The position numbers and the translations under genes were made by a program. Below, piece after piece: positions 1-10,572 of a DNA stretch of 64,000 nt. Numbering within the stretch: the first letter of the stretch is position 1; every line of letters begins with the position of its first letter. Location: the NCBI RefSeq assembly GCF_055900595.2, contig NZ_CM148325.1. One strand, written 5' to 3'. The notes beneath the pieces were generated by a model. It saw nothing but the letters and a program-made list of their open reading frames with translations. It ran no database searches and was not told the origin of the DNA.

Positions 1-315
1 ATGATCCGCAAAGCCTTTGTCATGCAGGTTAACCCCGACGCCCACGAAGAGTATCAGCGTCGGCATAATCCAATCTGGCCGGAACTGGAAGCAGTGTTGA
101 AATCTCACGGTGCGCATAACTACGCCATTTACCTCGACAAAGCGCGTAATCTGCTGTTTGCCACGGTAGAGATTGAATCTGAAGAACGGTGGAATGCGGT
201 AGCCAGTACTGATGTTTGCCAACGTTGGTGGAAGTATATGACCGACGTTATGCCAGCTAACCCGGATAACAGCCCAGTCAGTAGCGAGCTGCAAGAAGTG
301 TTTTACCTGCCTTAA
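1..315 (+). CDS. rhaM: L-rhamnose mutarotase (104 aa, complete)
   Basis: ORF translation matches RhaM/YiiL as recalled; begins at window position 1. Confidence 0.9.
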
Positions 316-355
316 TGAGTTGCGGTGCCGGAAAATATCCAGCACCGCGCCTTCA

Positions 356-1750
356 TCAGAAGAAGTATTTAAAGCGAACGCGTGCGCCGTAACGGTCATC
401 AGTATCATCACCGTGTTTTTTATCACCGTCGCTATCCAGAATGGAGTAATAAGTACCAAGGTAAATATTAAAGTTCTCCATATCCATCACATTAGCGAAC
501 TGATAAGACGCATGAATGGTGTGAATGGTGTACGTCCCTTCATCATCAATCCAGCAGTCGTTATCACAAACTACACCGCTGAATTCATCAATCTTATTGT
601 GCGCGTAGATATAACCCAGCTCGAAACGTTTCCACAGCGCGTTAATCCCGGCAGTGAAATCTTTTTCATTATTAGCATCTAAATAGGCGGTATTAAGATT
701 AACCACGACGCCATTTTCCGGATCCGTTTTCAGGCCATTCCAGGTCATGCTCATACCATAGCCGGTACGATCGGACTGATCGACAAAATTACCCTTGCTA
801 TCGGTATAACCATAAGCATTATTTACTACGTTCGCTTCCATCGCTGCGGAAACGGTGAATTCTTCCGTCGGCGACCAGGCAATTACCGGACGCAGATAAG
901 CAACATTTTTCTGCTGCTCCATATCGCGTCCATGATAATTACCGTCATTATATAAAGATGTTCCGTCTTCAAGTAACGTGTTTAATTCAAAATACCAGTT
1001 ATCGAGTTGTTTGCTGACGAGGAAATTACCGCCAGCGTTAGAGCGCCCTCGGCCCTCTTTCATCATATAGATATAACCGCTGCCATCGTCATAAAGATCG
1101 TTCGCAGTATTACCGGAATGTTCAACAAAGGTATCCTGATTCAGCGGGAACATATCGTAGGCTTCAAAACGGCCTACTTTGACCTTCCAGTCGTTTTCTT
1201 TGCCAAAGAAGAATACCGCATCATCGATATTTACTGAACCGTGCATATCCCCCAGCGGTTGTGCGGAGAACCCGGCGAAATAACCATTATCCAGTTTTCG
1301 CATACCATCAAAACCTAACAGAATACGACCATTGAGATTCCACTGTTCATTAGTGGGATCGCTATTCACATCAGCGTTGGTCATTGCCAGCAGGCCATGA
1401 TTACTTTCCGCATCCATATTAAATTCTACGTCGCCGTAGATTTTTAAATCGCCATAACCTGAAAGCAAAAGATTAGGTGAGGTGGAATTTTTCTTTGCAG
1501 ATTCCGCCGTTGCCTGTCCATTAACCGGCGTATTGCCCTGGGCAGCTTTAATTTCGCGGATCTCAGCGGCTTGTTGTGTCTGCAGCTGTTTAACCTGGCT
1601 CTCTGCTTTTGCTGCCCGCATTTCTGCCGCTTCCAGGCGTTCTTCCAGCAATGCCATGCGTTGTTCCAGCGTTAAATGCTGTGTTTTTGCCATTCCGGTA
1701 CTACATGCCAATAATAAACCGATGGCTAAAGATAATGTCGATTTTTTCAT
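356..1750 (-). CDS. Putative outer-membrane sugar-type porin with N-terminal coiled-coil extension (464 aa); not in K-12 as recalled
   Basis: Signal peptide MKKSTLSLAIGLLLACSTGMA; 50-aa heptad-like E/A/Q/L-rich segment; C-terminal ...RFKYFF typical of beta-barrel OMPs; SD agggaa upstream of ATG. Confidence 0.6.
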   Translation of the reverse strand: MKKSTLSLAIGLLLACSTGMAKTQHLTLEQRMALLEERLEAAEMRAAKAESQVKQLQTQQAAEIREIKAAQGNTPVNGQATAESAKKNSTSPNLLLSGYGDLKIYGDVEFNMDAESNHGLLAMTNADVNSDPTNEQWNLNGRILLGFDGMRKLDNGYFAGFSAQPLGDMHGSVNIDDAVFFFGKENDWKVKVGRFEAYDMFPLNQDTFVEHSGNTANDLYDDGSGYIYMMKEGRGRSNAGGNFLVSKQLDNWYFELNTLLEDGTSLYNDGNYHGRDMEQQKNVAYLRPVIAWSPTEEFTVSAAMEANVVNNAYGYTDSKGNFVDQSDRTGYGMSMTWNGLKTDPENGVVVNLNTAYLDANNEKDFTAGINALWKRFELGYIYAHNKIDEFSGVVCDNDCWIDDEGTYTIHTIHASYQFANVMDMENFNIYLGTYYSILDSDGDKKHGDDTDDRYGARVRFKYFF

Positions 1751-2226
1751 TATTTACGTTCCCTGAAATAAAAGAGACCCTACGCTTTCCAAAAGGAATA
1801 CGTATATAGAGAAATATAAGGTGTGCACTTTCTAATTTTTAATCCAACTTCAGCAGGCCGATGGATAGTATCCCGCTGCATAATATGAGTAAATCCGCTG
1901 ATTTCCTGGAACGTGAGGAATATAACAATAGTGCCGTTTTTAACTAAATATCGTAAAAAATATTAGATATAATTCACGCTGACTCATAAGCCACAAATAT
2001 AAATAACCTTGCTGCAAAATATGTGCGGCAGTTAAACATTCACAACATCATTAAATAATGATTTTTTATTCACTGCATTTATTTTTCCCATCAATATGTG
2101 CCTTACACCGCAAAATTTATCCTTCACTCTGCCTTATATTGTCACGACTTCACGACATATCCGCGCTCATCACAAAACCGCCCCGCCGTTACAATTAACT
2201 ATAATATTTTTTCATGGAGTCCAATA

Positions 2227-2673
2227 ATGGCAGCACTTACTGCAAGCTGTATTGACCTGAATATTCAGGGCAATGGCACTTATTCCGTTCTGAAGCAGTT
2301 GGCGACAATGGCGTTACAAAACGGTTTTATCACCGACTCACATCAATTCCTGCAAACCCTGCTGGTGCGCGAAAAAATGCACTCCACCGGTTTTGGTTCT
2401 GGTGTCGCCGTGCCGCACGGTAAAAGCGCCTGTGTTAAACAACCGTTCGTATTATTCGCTCGCAAAGCGCAGGCCATTGACTGGAAAGCCAGCGATGGCG
2501 AAGACGTCAATTGCTGGATCTGCCTCGGCGTGCCGCAAAGTGGCGAAGAGGATCAGGTCAAAATCATCGGCACACTGTGTCGCAAAATTATCCACCAGGA
2601 TTTTATCAACCAACTGCGACAAGGCGACGCCGTCCAGGTGCTTGCTTTGTTAAATCAAACCCTCAGCTCATAA
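2227..2673 (+). CDS. frvA: PTS fructose-like EIIA component (148 aa)
   Basis: Translation matches FrvA as recalled; ATG at 2227 chosen over the longer in-frame ORF from 2098. Confidence 0.85.
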   Translation: MAALTASCIDLNIQGNGTYSVLKQLATMALQNGFITDSHQFLQTLLVREKMHSTGFGSGVAVPHGKSACVKQPFVLFARKAQAIDWKASDGEDVNCWICLGVPQSGEEDQVKIIGTLCRKIIHQDFINQLRQGDAVQVLALLNQTLSS

Positions 2674-2683
2674 GGAAGTGGCG

Positions 2684-4135
2684 ATGGAGTCATCCTTACG
2701 TATTGTCGCGATCACCAACTGCCCCGCCGGGATCGCTCACACCTACATGGTGGCGGAAGCCCTGGAACAGAAAGCCCGTTCTCTCGGTCATACCATTAAA
2801 GTTGAAACTCAAGGATCAAGCGGCGTCGAAAACCGCTTATCCAGCGAAGAGATTGCCGCTGCCGATTACGTGATTCTCGCTACCGGGCGTGGCCTGAGCG
2901 GTGATGATCGCGCGCGATTTGCCGGGAAAAAGGTTTATGAGATTGCCATCTCCCAGGCGCTGAAAAATATCGACCAGATTTTCAGTGAATTACCGACAAA
3001 CTCACAACTTTTTGCCGCAGATAGCGGCGTGAAGCTCGGCAAACAGGAAGTGCAAAGTGGCAGCGTAATGAGCCATCTGATGGCGGGCGTCTCTGCGGCG
3101 CTGCCGTTTGTCATCGGTGGCGGTATCCTGGTGGCGCTTGCCAACATGCTGGTGCAGTTCGGTTTGCCGTATACCGATATGTCGAAAGGTGCGCCGTCGT
3201 TTACCTGGGTGGTTGAATCCATCGGTTATCTCGGTTTCACCTTTATGATCCCCATCATGGGCGCTTATATTGCCTCGTCGATTGCCGATAAACCCGCTTT
3301 CGCTCCGGCGTTTCTGGTTTGTTATCTGGCGAACGACAAAGCCCTGCTCGGCACCCAGTCTGGCGCGGGCTTCCTCGGTGCGGTGGTGCTTGGGCTGGCG
3401 ATTGGCTATTTCGTCTTCTGGTTCCGTAAAGTGCGCCTTGGCAAAGCATTACAACCGCTGCTCGGTTCCATGCTGATCCCGTTCGTTACTCTGCTGGTTT
3501 TTGGCGTACTGACTTACTACGTTATCGGACCGGTGATGTCCGACCTCATGGGCGGGTTGCTGCACTTCCTGAACACCATTCCTCCGTCAATGAAGTTTGC
3601 GGCGGCGTTTCTGGTTGGTGCGATGCTGGCATTCGATATGGGCGGCCCCATCAACAAAACCGCCTGGTTCTTCTGCTTCTCTCTGCTGGAAAAACACATT
3701 TACGACTGGTACGCCATCGTCGGCGTTGTCGCGCTAATGCCGCCTGTCGCGGCGGGTCTTGCGACGTTCATTGCGCCCAAACTGTTTACTCAACAGGAAA
3801 AAGAAGCCGCCAGTAGCGCCATAGTGGTCGGTGCCACAGTCGCAACCGAACCGGCTATTCCTTACGCTCTGGCAGCCCCGTTGCCGATGATTACCGCCAA
3901 TACGCTGGCGGGCGGTATTACCGGCGTGCTGGTGATCGCTTTCGGAATCAAACGGCTGGCACCGGGTTTGGGTATCTTTGACCCGCTGATCGGCCTGATG
4001 TCGCCGGTAGGTTCATTTTATCTGGTGCTGGCGATTGGCCTCGCGCTGAACATTTCATTCATTATCGTCCTGAAAGGATTATGGTTACGCCGCAAAGCCA
4101 AAGCTGCGCAACAGGAGCTTGTCCATGAACATTGA
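2684..4135 (+). CDS. frvB: PTS fructose-like EIIBC component (483 aa)
   Basis: Polytopic membrane protein with N-terminal EIIB domain (CPAGIAHTYM); ATG at 2684; overlaps frvX. Confidence 0.85.
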   Translation: MESSLRIVAITNCPAGIAHTYMVAEALEQKARSLGHTIKVETQGSSGVENRLSSEEIAAADYVILATGRGLSGDDRARFAGKKVYEIAISQALKNIDQIFSELPTNSQLFAADSGVKLGKQEVQSGSVMSHLMAGVSAALPFVIGGGILVALANMLVQFGLPYTDMSKGAPSFTWVVESIGYLGFTFMIPIMGAYIASSIADKPAFAPAFLVCYLANDKALLGTQSGAGFLGAVVLGLAIGYFVFWFRKVRLGKALQPLLGSMLIPFVTLLVFGVLTYYVIGPVMSDLMGGLLHFLNTIPPSMKFAAAFLVGAMLAFDMGGPINKTAWFFCFSLLEKHIYDWYAIVGVVALMPPVAAGLATFIAPKLFTQQEKEAASSAIVVGATVATEPAIPYALAAPLPMITANTLAGGITGVLVIAFGIKRLAPGLGIFDPLIGLMSPVGSFYLVLAIGLALNISFIIVLKGLWLRRKAKAAQQELVHEH

Positions 4136-5195
4136 GTTACTGCAACAGTTGTGCGAAGCCAGCGCCGTCAGCGGCGATGAACAGGAAGTTCGCGACATTC
4201 TGATAAACACGCTGGAACCCTGCGTGAATGAGATCACCTTCGATGGTCTGGGCAGCTTTGTTGCCCGTAAGGGGAATAAAGGGCCGAAAGTTGCCGTTGT
4301 CGGGCATATGGATGAAGTCGGCTTTATGGTCACCCACATCGACGAGAGCGGTTTTCTGCGTTTTACCACCATTGGCGGCTGGTGGAATCAGTCGATGCTC
4401 AACCACCGGGTAACCATACGCACACACAAGGGAGTGAAAATCCCTGGTGTAATTGGCTCCGTCGCCCCACATGCGTTAACCGAAAAGCAAAAGCAACAAC
4501 CGCTGTCATTTGATGAGATGTTCATTGATATTGGCGAAAACAGTCGCGAAGAAGCGGAAAAACGCGGCGTGGAAATTGGCAATTTTATTAGCCCGGAAGC
4601 CAATTTTGCCTGCTGGGGCGAAGATAAAATGGTCGGCAAGGCGTTGGATAACCGCATCGGCTGCGCAATGATGGCTGAGCTATTGCAGACGGTGAATAAC
4701 CCCGAAATTACGCTGTATGGCGTTGGCAGTGTGGAAGAAGAAGTTGGGCTACGCGGGGCGCAAACCTCGGCTGAACACATTAAACCGGATGTGGTGATCG
4801 TGCTGGATACCGCTGTCGCGGGCGATGTTCCAGGCATTGATAACATTAAATATCCGCTGAAACTGGGCAACGGGCCGGGGCTGATGCTGTTTGACAAGCG
4901 GTACTTCCCCAACCAGAAACTGGTAGCAGCGTTAAAAAGCTGTGCCACGCAGAATGATTTACCGCTGCAATTTTCCACCATGAAAACCGGAGCGACGGAT
5001 GGCGGGCGCTACAACGTGATGGGCGGCGGGCGTCCGGTTGTCGCGCTGTGCCTGCCAACGCGTTATCTGCACGCTAACAGCGGCATGATTTCAAAAGCCG
5101 ATTACGATGCTCTGCTCACGTTGATACGGGATTTTCTGACCACCTTAACCGCGGAGAAAGTCAACGCGTTTAGCCAGTTCCGTCAGGTGGATTAA
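4125..5195 (+). CDS. frvX: M42-family peptidase/cellulase-like protein (356 aa)
   Basis: Translation matches FrvX as recalled; start overlaps frvB end; stop overlaps frvR start (TAATG). Confidence 0.85.
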   Translation: MNIELLQQLCEASAVSGDEQEVRDILINTLEPCVNEITFDGLGSFVARKGNKGPKVAVVGHMDEVGFMVTHIDESGFLRFTTIGGWWNQSMLNHRVTIRTHKGVKIPGVIGSVAPHALTEKQKQQPLSFDEMFIDIGENSREEAEKRGVEIGNFISPEANFACWGEDKMVGKALDNRIGCAMMAELLQTVNNPEITLYGVGSVEEEVGLRGAQTSAEHIKPDVVIVLDTAVAGDVPGIDNIKYPLKLGNGPGLMLFDKRYFPNQKLVAALKSCATQNDLPLQFSTMKTGATDGGRYNVMGGGRPVVALCLPTRYLHANSGMISKADYDALLTLIRDFLTTLTAEKVNAFSQFRQVD

Positions 5196-6943
5196 TGCTA
5201 AACGAACGCCAGTTAAAGATTGTCGATCTGCTGGAGCAACAGCCACGCACGCCTGGCGAGCTGGCGCAACAGACTGGCGTTTCCGGCAGGACCATCCTGC
5301 GTGATATTGACTATCTCAACTTTACCCTTAACGGCAAAGCCCGCATTTCCGCCAGTGGCAACGCGGGCTATCAGCTGGAAATCTTCGAGCGTCGCAGCTT
5401 TTTTCAGTTGCTGCAAAAGCACGATAACGACGATCGGCTGCTGGCGCTGTTATTACTGAATACCTTCACTCCCCGTGCGCAACTCGCCTCGACGCTTAAT
5501 TTGCCAGAAACCTGGGTAGCAGAGCGCCTGCCCCGCCTGAAACAGCGCTATGAACGCAGTTTTTGTCTCGCCAGTCGCCCCGGCTTAGGTCATTACATAG
5601 ATGAGACGCAAGAGAAACGCATTATTTTGCTGGCAAATCTGTTACGCAAAGATCCGTTTTTAATTCCGCTGGCGGGCGTAACACGAGACAATTTTCAACA
5701 ATTAACCACCGCCTGCGAAAAGCAACGTCGCTGGCCGCTGATGCAAGGCGACTATCTCTCAAGCCTGATTCTGGCTATTTACGCGTTGCGTAATCAGCTT
5801 ACTGACACATGGCCTGAATATCCCGGTAGCGAGATAAAACAGATTGTTGAATATAGCGGCCTGTTTCTTGGTGATAACGCTGTAAGAACGTTGACGGGGT
5901 TGATAGAAAAACAGCATCAACAGGCGCAGGTTATTTGTGTCGATAATGTGCTGGCATTGCTGCAAAGGGTGCCGGGCATTGCGTCATTGAATATTATTGA
6001 TACGCAGCTGGTTGAGAATATTACCGGGCATTTATTACGTTGCCTTGCCGCGCCGGTGTGGATTGGAGAGCACCGCCAAAGCAGCATGAATAACCTGAAA
6101 GCCGCCTGGCCTGCGGCCTTTGATATGAGTCTGCACTTTATTACGCTACTGCGTGAACAACTCGATATTCCCCTTTTCGACAGCGATCTGATTGGTTTGT
6201 ATTTTGCCTGTGCGCTGGAACGGCATCAAAACGAACGCCAGCCGATCATTTTGCTCTCTGATCAAAACGCGATTGCCACTATTAATCAGCTCGCCATTGA
6301 GCGCGACGTCCTGAATTGTCGGGTGATTATTGCCCGCTGCTTAAGCGAACTGGTTGCCATTCACGAAGAGATTGAGCCGTTATTGATCATTAATAACAGC
6401 CATTATTTACTGGATGACGCGGTCAATAATTGCATCACTGTAAAAAATATCATTACGGCTGCCGGTATCGAACAAATAAAACATTTTCTGGCGACGGCAT
6501 TTATTCGCCAGCAACCGGAGCGTTTTTTTTCTGCCCCCGGAAGTTTTCATTATTCGAATGTACGTGGTGAAAGCTGGCAACATATTACCCGGCAAATATG
6601 TGCGCAATTAGTGACGCAACACCACATTACCGCCGATGAAGCACAACGGATCATCGCCCGCGAAAGCGAAGGCGAAAACCTGATTGTTAATCGTCTCGCC
6701 ATCCCACATTGCTGGAGCGAACAGGAACGACGTTTTCGTGGATTTTTTATTACCCTCGCCCAACCGGTTGAGGTGAATAACGAAGTAGTTAACCATGTGC
6801 TGATCGCCTGTGCCGCCGCCGATGCGCGTCATGAGCTAAAAATATTTAGCTATCTTGCCAGCGTATTGTGCCAGCATCCGGCAGAGGTTATTGCCGGGTT
6901 AACAGGATATGAGGCATTTATGGCGTTACTTCACAAGGGGTGA
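5195..6943 (+). CDS. frvR: frv operon transcriptional regulator (582 aa)
   Basis: N-terminal HTH followed by PRD/EII-like domains; operon position. Confidence 0.85.
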   Translation: MLNERQLKIVDLLEQQPRTPGELAQQTGVSGRTILRDIDYLNFTLNGKARISASGNAGYQLEIFERRSFFQLLQKHDNDDRLLALLLLNTFTPRAQLASTLNLPETWVAERLPRLKQRYERSFCLASRPGLGHYIDETQEKRIILLANLLRKDPFLIPLAGVTRDNFQQLTTACEKQRRWPLMQGDYLSSLILAIYALRNQLTDTWPEYPGSEIKQIVEYSGLFLGDNAVRTLTGLIEKQHQQAQVICVDNVLALLQRVPGIASLNIIDTQLVENITGHLLRCLAAPVWIGEHRQSSMNNLKAAWPAAFDMSLHFITLLREQLDIPLFDSDLIGLYFACALERHQNERQPIILLSDQNAIATINQLAIERDVLNCRVIIARCLSELVAIHEEIEPLLIINNSHYLLDDAVNNCITVKNIITAAGIEQIKHFLATAFIRQQPERFFSAPGSFHYSNVRGESWQHITRQICAQLVTQHHITADEAQRIIARESEGENLIVNRLAIPHCWSEQERRFRGFFITLAQPVEVNNEVVNHVLIACAAADARHELKIFSYLASVLCQHPAEVIAGLTGYEAFMALLHKG

Positions 6944-6998
6944 ACTGTGTCGGATGCGCCGCATCCGACACTGCATTTATCACCAAAATCAAAAACAT

Positions 6999-8054
6999 TT
7001 AACGCAGGCGATTATAATCATCGACCATTTCGTTGTACTCACGTAATGCTCTCGGGAAAGAGTCGTCGACCATCCAACTTGTGTTTGCATCCTGAAGTTG
7101 CTCTTTATCCCAGTCAGAATACGGAACTTTATCTCTGACGCGGCGAACATATTTTTTAGCCTCGAGCTGATATTGATCTGCCGAACTAATGAACGAGGAA
7201 TTCATGCCGCCTTTATCCGCTTCTTTGGCCTGTGCCACCAGCGTTTCAAGTTCAGTCACTTTCTTCATTGCCGCTTCTGCATCAAACTTATCTTGCGATA
7301 TCAGGTTATTAATTTGTTTCGCTGAAATCATGACTGCCAGAGAGTAGTAGTTGAATGTTTTCCCTTCTCTTTGTTCAATATTTTGCAGTTCCGCAAGCTG
7401 GCGCTTATCGTTAATTTCCTGAATCGCCGCATGATAAGATTCTGCTACAGGTTCAAAGGCTTCAAGATTTTTTAAGAATGTCTGGTGCAGCGTTTTCCCT
7501 TTCGCAAACGCATCGTCTTTATAATTTTCCTGGGTGTAATATTTTTCCATTTCGTTAATGGTATTACCCAACGCCACGGCAGCATCAATATAACTCACCG
7601 CCACGCCATCAATAGGTTGCAGCGCAGGCGTTAACGCCACAGCACTTTTTACGCCTTTTTCACACTCAGCGAGGTTGGATTCACTAATACCGTAGATACC
7701 ATAAACAGTACGCTCTTCACCGGTAGGGCCCTGTTTAAAATCTTTCAGCCAGTCAGCATAACGCGCCAGACTGCTCTGTACAGGGATCTGTAACTTGTTG
7801 TAGCACTTGATATAGACATCCATTTTTTCGTCGAAAACCGCTTGTTCATCGACCACCGGTTGAGCAGGCGTTTCAGGTTTAACTTCTGCTTTTGCAACGG
7901 GAGCTTCAGCAGGTTTCGCTTCAGGAGCTGGTGCGGCAGGTTGACTATTGGCAGGCGGGGGCGTTTCTGTTTCGGATTTTTTATCGTCACAACCCGTGAG
8001 ACCGAGGGCCATTATGGCGACTATAATAGCGGAAGATAATAAATTCCTTTTCAT
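6999..8054 (-). CDS. yiiG: Lipoprotein YiiG (351 aa)
   Basis: Lipobox LGLTGC after signal peptide; low-complexity P/A/E linker; matches YiiG as recalled. Confidence 0.85.
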   Translation of the reverse strand: MKRNLLSSAIIVAIMALGLTGCDDKKSETETPPPANSQPAAPAPEAKPAEAPVAKAEVKPETPAQPVVDEQAVFDEKMDVYIKCYNKLQIPVQSSLARYADWLKDFKQGPTGEERTVYGIYGISESNLAECEKGVKSAVALTPALQPIDGVAVSYIDAAVALGNTINEMEKYYTQENYKDDAFAKGKTLHQTFLKNLEAFEPVAESYHAAIQEINDKRQLAELQNIEQREGKTFNYYSLAVMISAKQINNLISQDKFDAEAAMKKVTELETLVAQAKEADKGGMNSSFISSADQYQLEAKKYVRRVRDKVPYSDWDKEQLQDANTSWMVDDSFPRALREYNEMVDDYNRLR

Positions 8055-8264
8055 TTAATTGCCTTATAAATAGATAAATAAGAGTGTGAATATAATAAAT
8101 GAAAAAAGAAAATGTCACTACACGCGTTTTGTTTATAAATAAATCGATAATATTCATAAAATGAATAAGTCCTGTAATTTAATTTCTAAATCACAGGACT
8201 TATTTTAATTAACGGCACAACCTTTGCGGGAGGGAGTGTCATGTCCCCCACCATTAATCATGCA

Positions 8265-10571
8265 CTACATCCCGTAGCGTTCAGCAATAGCAGCATGCTT
8301 CTCTTCATTCGCCCCGGCTTCTTTGGCGAGACGCCACCAGCACAATGGATGTTCCCAGTCAGCGGTCAATTCGTGCAAGGTCTTATCGATATCACCTTTA
8401 GAAATTGAACGCGGCGCACTGATAACAAAGTAGAATGCAGGCAGCGGTTCAGCGCCTTCTCCTTGATGACTGTCCGTTAATGTATAGTCGTCATTACTGT
8501 TGCTCCAGTAGTACCAGTTTCGTTCACGGAGCGCCTCACGGAAAGTATTAAACTCTTCTTCACCAGGCATGACACCTTCGCAGAACCAGGACTCGCCGTA
8601 TTCGGTCGGGATAATGGTTTGCAGGCAGGCATAAAGTGGCGTGAAATTCTTCCGTTCTTCCTCATCCTCTGGTTGGGTATTCAACATTTCTGCATCGAAT
8701 ACCACAACCTCATCAACATGTTGCGGATAATCGGTGCGGTAAGTTGGCTCAATGATCCTTGCTGTTACCGGCCCAATACGTTGAGCATAGTAATAGCGGT
8801 ATTCATAATTTTCCCGGAAGCGGATGTTTAACAGCCCCCATTTTTCGTCAATAAAACCTTCACCTTCCGTAAGTTCGATTTCCAGTTCAGCAGCAATAGC
8901 ACGAACCAAATCCCATTGTTGCAGGATGCTGGCGGTCGCCATGATATCCCACTGGAGATTGCGAATATCTTCTTCACGGCTAATCATCAGTTGCTGCAAT
9001 TGTTGTAAATAATCCAGCTGTCGATCCCAGGCTTCCTGTTTTTGTGCTGCCCAGGAGCACATGCGATAAACGCCAACCCACTCACGCCCTTTTTCGTGTT
9101 GCAGCAACTGTTGCCCAATCGACTCCAGTTCACTCCAGTCTTCCTGTTGGTTGATCACTCGCGCACGGAACCACAAGGCCATATGTAGCAGCCCCGCCTG
9201 TTCATACTGCTTCGCCAGGTGCTCAATGGTTTGCAGATCGTCACGGTGGAGCAATAAATCCAACAGATCGAAGCAAAGACCATTATCTTCCTGGATGTGG
9301 CTTTCGACGTAGCGTTGCAGAAGTTCAATCGACTCATCAATCGCATTACAGGCGTTTAACGCATTGACCAGTTTGCCCAGCAATTCCGCATCATCTGGCG
9401 CGTTCAGGTAAGCGCGGCGGAATGTTTCGACGTCTTTTTCTGGATCTGGTTGCGTTTCTTCATCGCTATTTTCAGGTACTTCTACAACCGGACGAGCAAG
9501 CAACTCTGCTTCTTTGGCGGCGATTTTTTCACTCAGTTCGAGAAACTCACGATCAACCCCCAGTAACACGCGTAATTTTGGAATGTGTCGCTGGGCCAGT
9601 TTCATCGCTATTTTGGCAACCCAGACGGATTCACGCTCCAGCGCCAGGGTAATTTGCAGTTTCGCCAGATTCACCACTTTACGGTGCGCGCCGGCCTGCG
9701 AACGATGCTCCAGCATTTTTTGGATAATGCGCGCCAGCTGCCAGTTGTTTCTTTGTGGATGGCGAGGCAGTAGCGCAGTGATGATCTTGATCCAAATCCC
9801 CCACGAAAAAGGCGTAAGATCAGCCCAGCGCGGCAACTCAGCCCATACGTCTTCGTCCTGTCCACACAACGCCATGATATACAGTTTTTTCAACTGATAA
9901 CTGATACGGTCGCGCCCCCAGTAATCATTTTCTTCTGCCAGTTCATCAATCAATTTGCGTGCTTCATCGTAACGCTGCAGTTCAATCAAAATATCGGCAC
10001 GGGTATTCAATAATGCTTCAATATCATCGTCACCGGATGCTTTAACCGCGTCGATTTGCCGATCCAGGTACGCCAATGCCTCTTCTGCTCTTTTGGAATC
10101 TATCAGTGCGCTGGCATATTCGGTGGACAAACACTGAAAACAGCTCCAGGTTGCATCAATTCGCGCAATGGTTTCTTCACATACTGCCATGCGTTCATTC
10201 GCCCAGCCAGGCGCATCAATATTTTCGTAGCAGGCAGATAAATCCTGGGTAACGCAGATAGATTGCGGGCAATCTTTTGCCTCTTCCCGGTGTGCTTTTT
10301 CAAACAGCGCCACCACGTCTGGCAGCACTTTTTCGCCTTCTTCGCGGTTAGTCAGACGATGGCGCATTTCCCAGTGACCAATAAAAATCTCCAGCCAGGG
10401 ATTTTTCGCCACCTGGGTAAGCGCTTTTACTTCTGGTAATAGCGAATCGCATTTTTCCATTTGCAGGTGCATAACGCTTTCCGAATAATCATCAATAAGC
10501 TGCGGAATATACTCCTGTCCGGCATCGCGTAATTCCTGACTATATTTATTGTACCATTCCCATATATTCAT
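8265..10571 (-). CDS. Hypothetical 768-aa acidic helical protein, co-operonic partner of the HtpG-like ATPase (accessory)
   Basis: Long ORF; ATG 1 nt after the stop of the upstream gene; SD aagga; no enzyme motif recognised by eye. Confidence 0.6.
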   Translation of the reverse strand: MNIWEWYNKYSQELRDAGQEYIPQLIDDYSESVMHLQMEKCDSLLPEVKALTQVAKNPWLEIFIGHWEMRHRLTNREEGEKVLPDVVALFEKAHREEAKDCPQSICVTQDLSACYENIDAPGWANERMAVCEETIARIDATWSCFQCLSTEYASALIDSKRAEEALAYLDRQIDAVKASGDDDIEALLNTRADILIELQRYDEARKLIDELAEENDYWGRDRISYQLKKLYIMALCGQDEDVWAELPRWADLTPFSWGIWIKIITALLPRHPQRNNWQLARIIQKMLEHRSQAGAHRKVVNLAKLQITLALERESVWVAKIAMKLAQRHIPKLRVLLGVDREFLELSEKIAAKEAELLARPVVEVPENSDEETQPDPEKDVETFRRAYLNAPDDAELLGKLVNALNACNAIDESIELLQRYVESHIQEDNGLCFDLLDLLLHRDDLQTIEHLAKQYEQAGLLHMALWFRARVINQQEDWSELESIGQQLLQHEKGREWVGVYRMCSWAAQKQEAWDRQLDYLQQLQQLMISREEDIRNLQWDIMATASILQQWDLVRAIAAELEIELTEGEGFIDEKWGLLNIRFRENYEYRYYYAQRIGPVTARIIEPTYRTDYPQHVDEVVVFDAEMLNTQPEDEEERKNFTPLYACLQTIIPTEYGESWFCEGVMPGEEEFNTFREALRERNWYYWSNSNDDYTLTDSHQGEGAEPLPAFYFVISAPRSISKGDIDKTLHELTADWEHPLCWWRLAKEAGANEEKHAAIAERYGM

Positions 10572-10572
10572 T

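Noticed and set aside
2098-2226. N-terminal extension of frvA (ORF starting at 2098)
   Set aside because: The extension has no SD and lies in the AT-rich promoter region. ATG 2227 gives the expected 148-aa EIIA.
8167-8201. Hairpin aagtcctgt...acaggactt between the 768-aa gene and yiiG as a terminator
   Set aside because: The stem is good, but the flanking U-run on the minus strand is weak. Kept as a possibility only; not listed as a feature.
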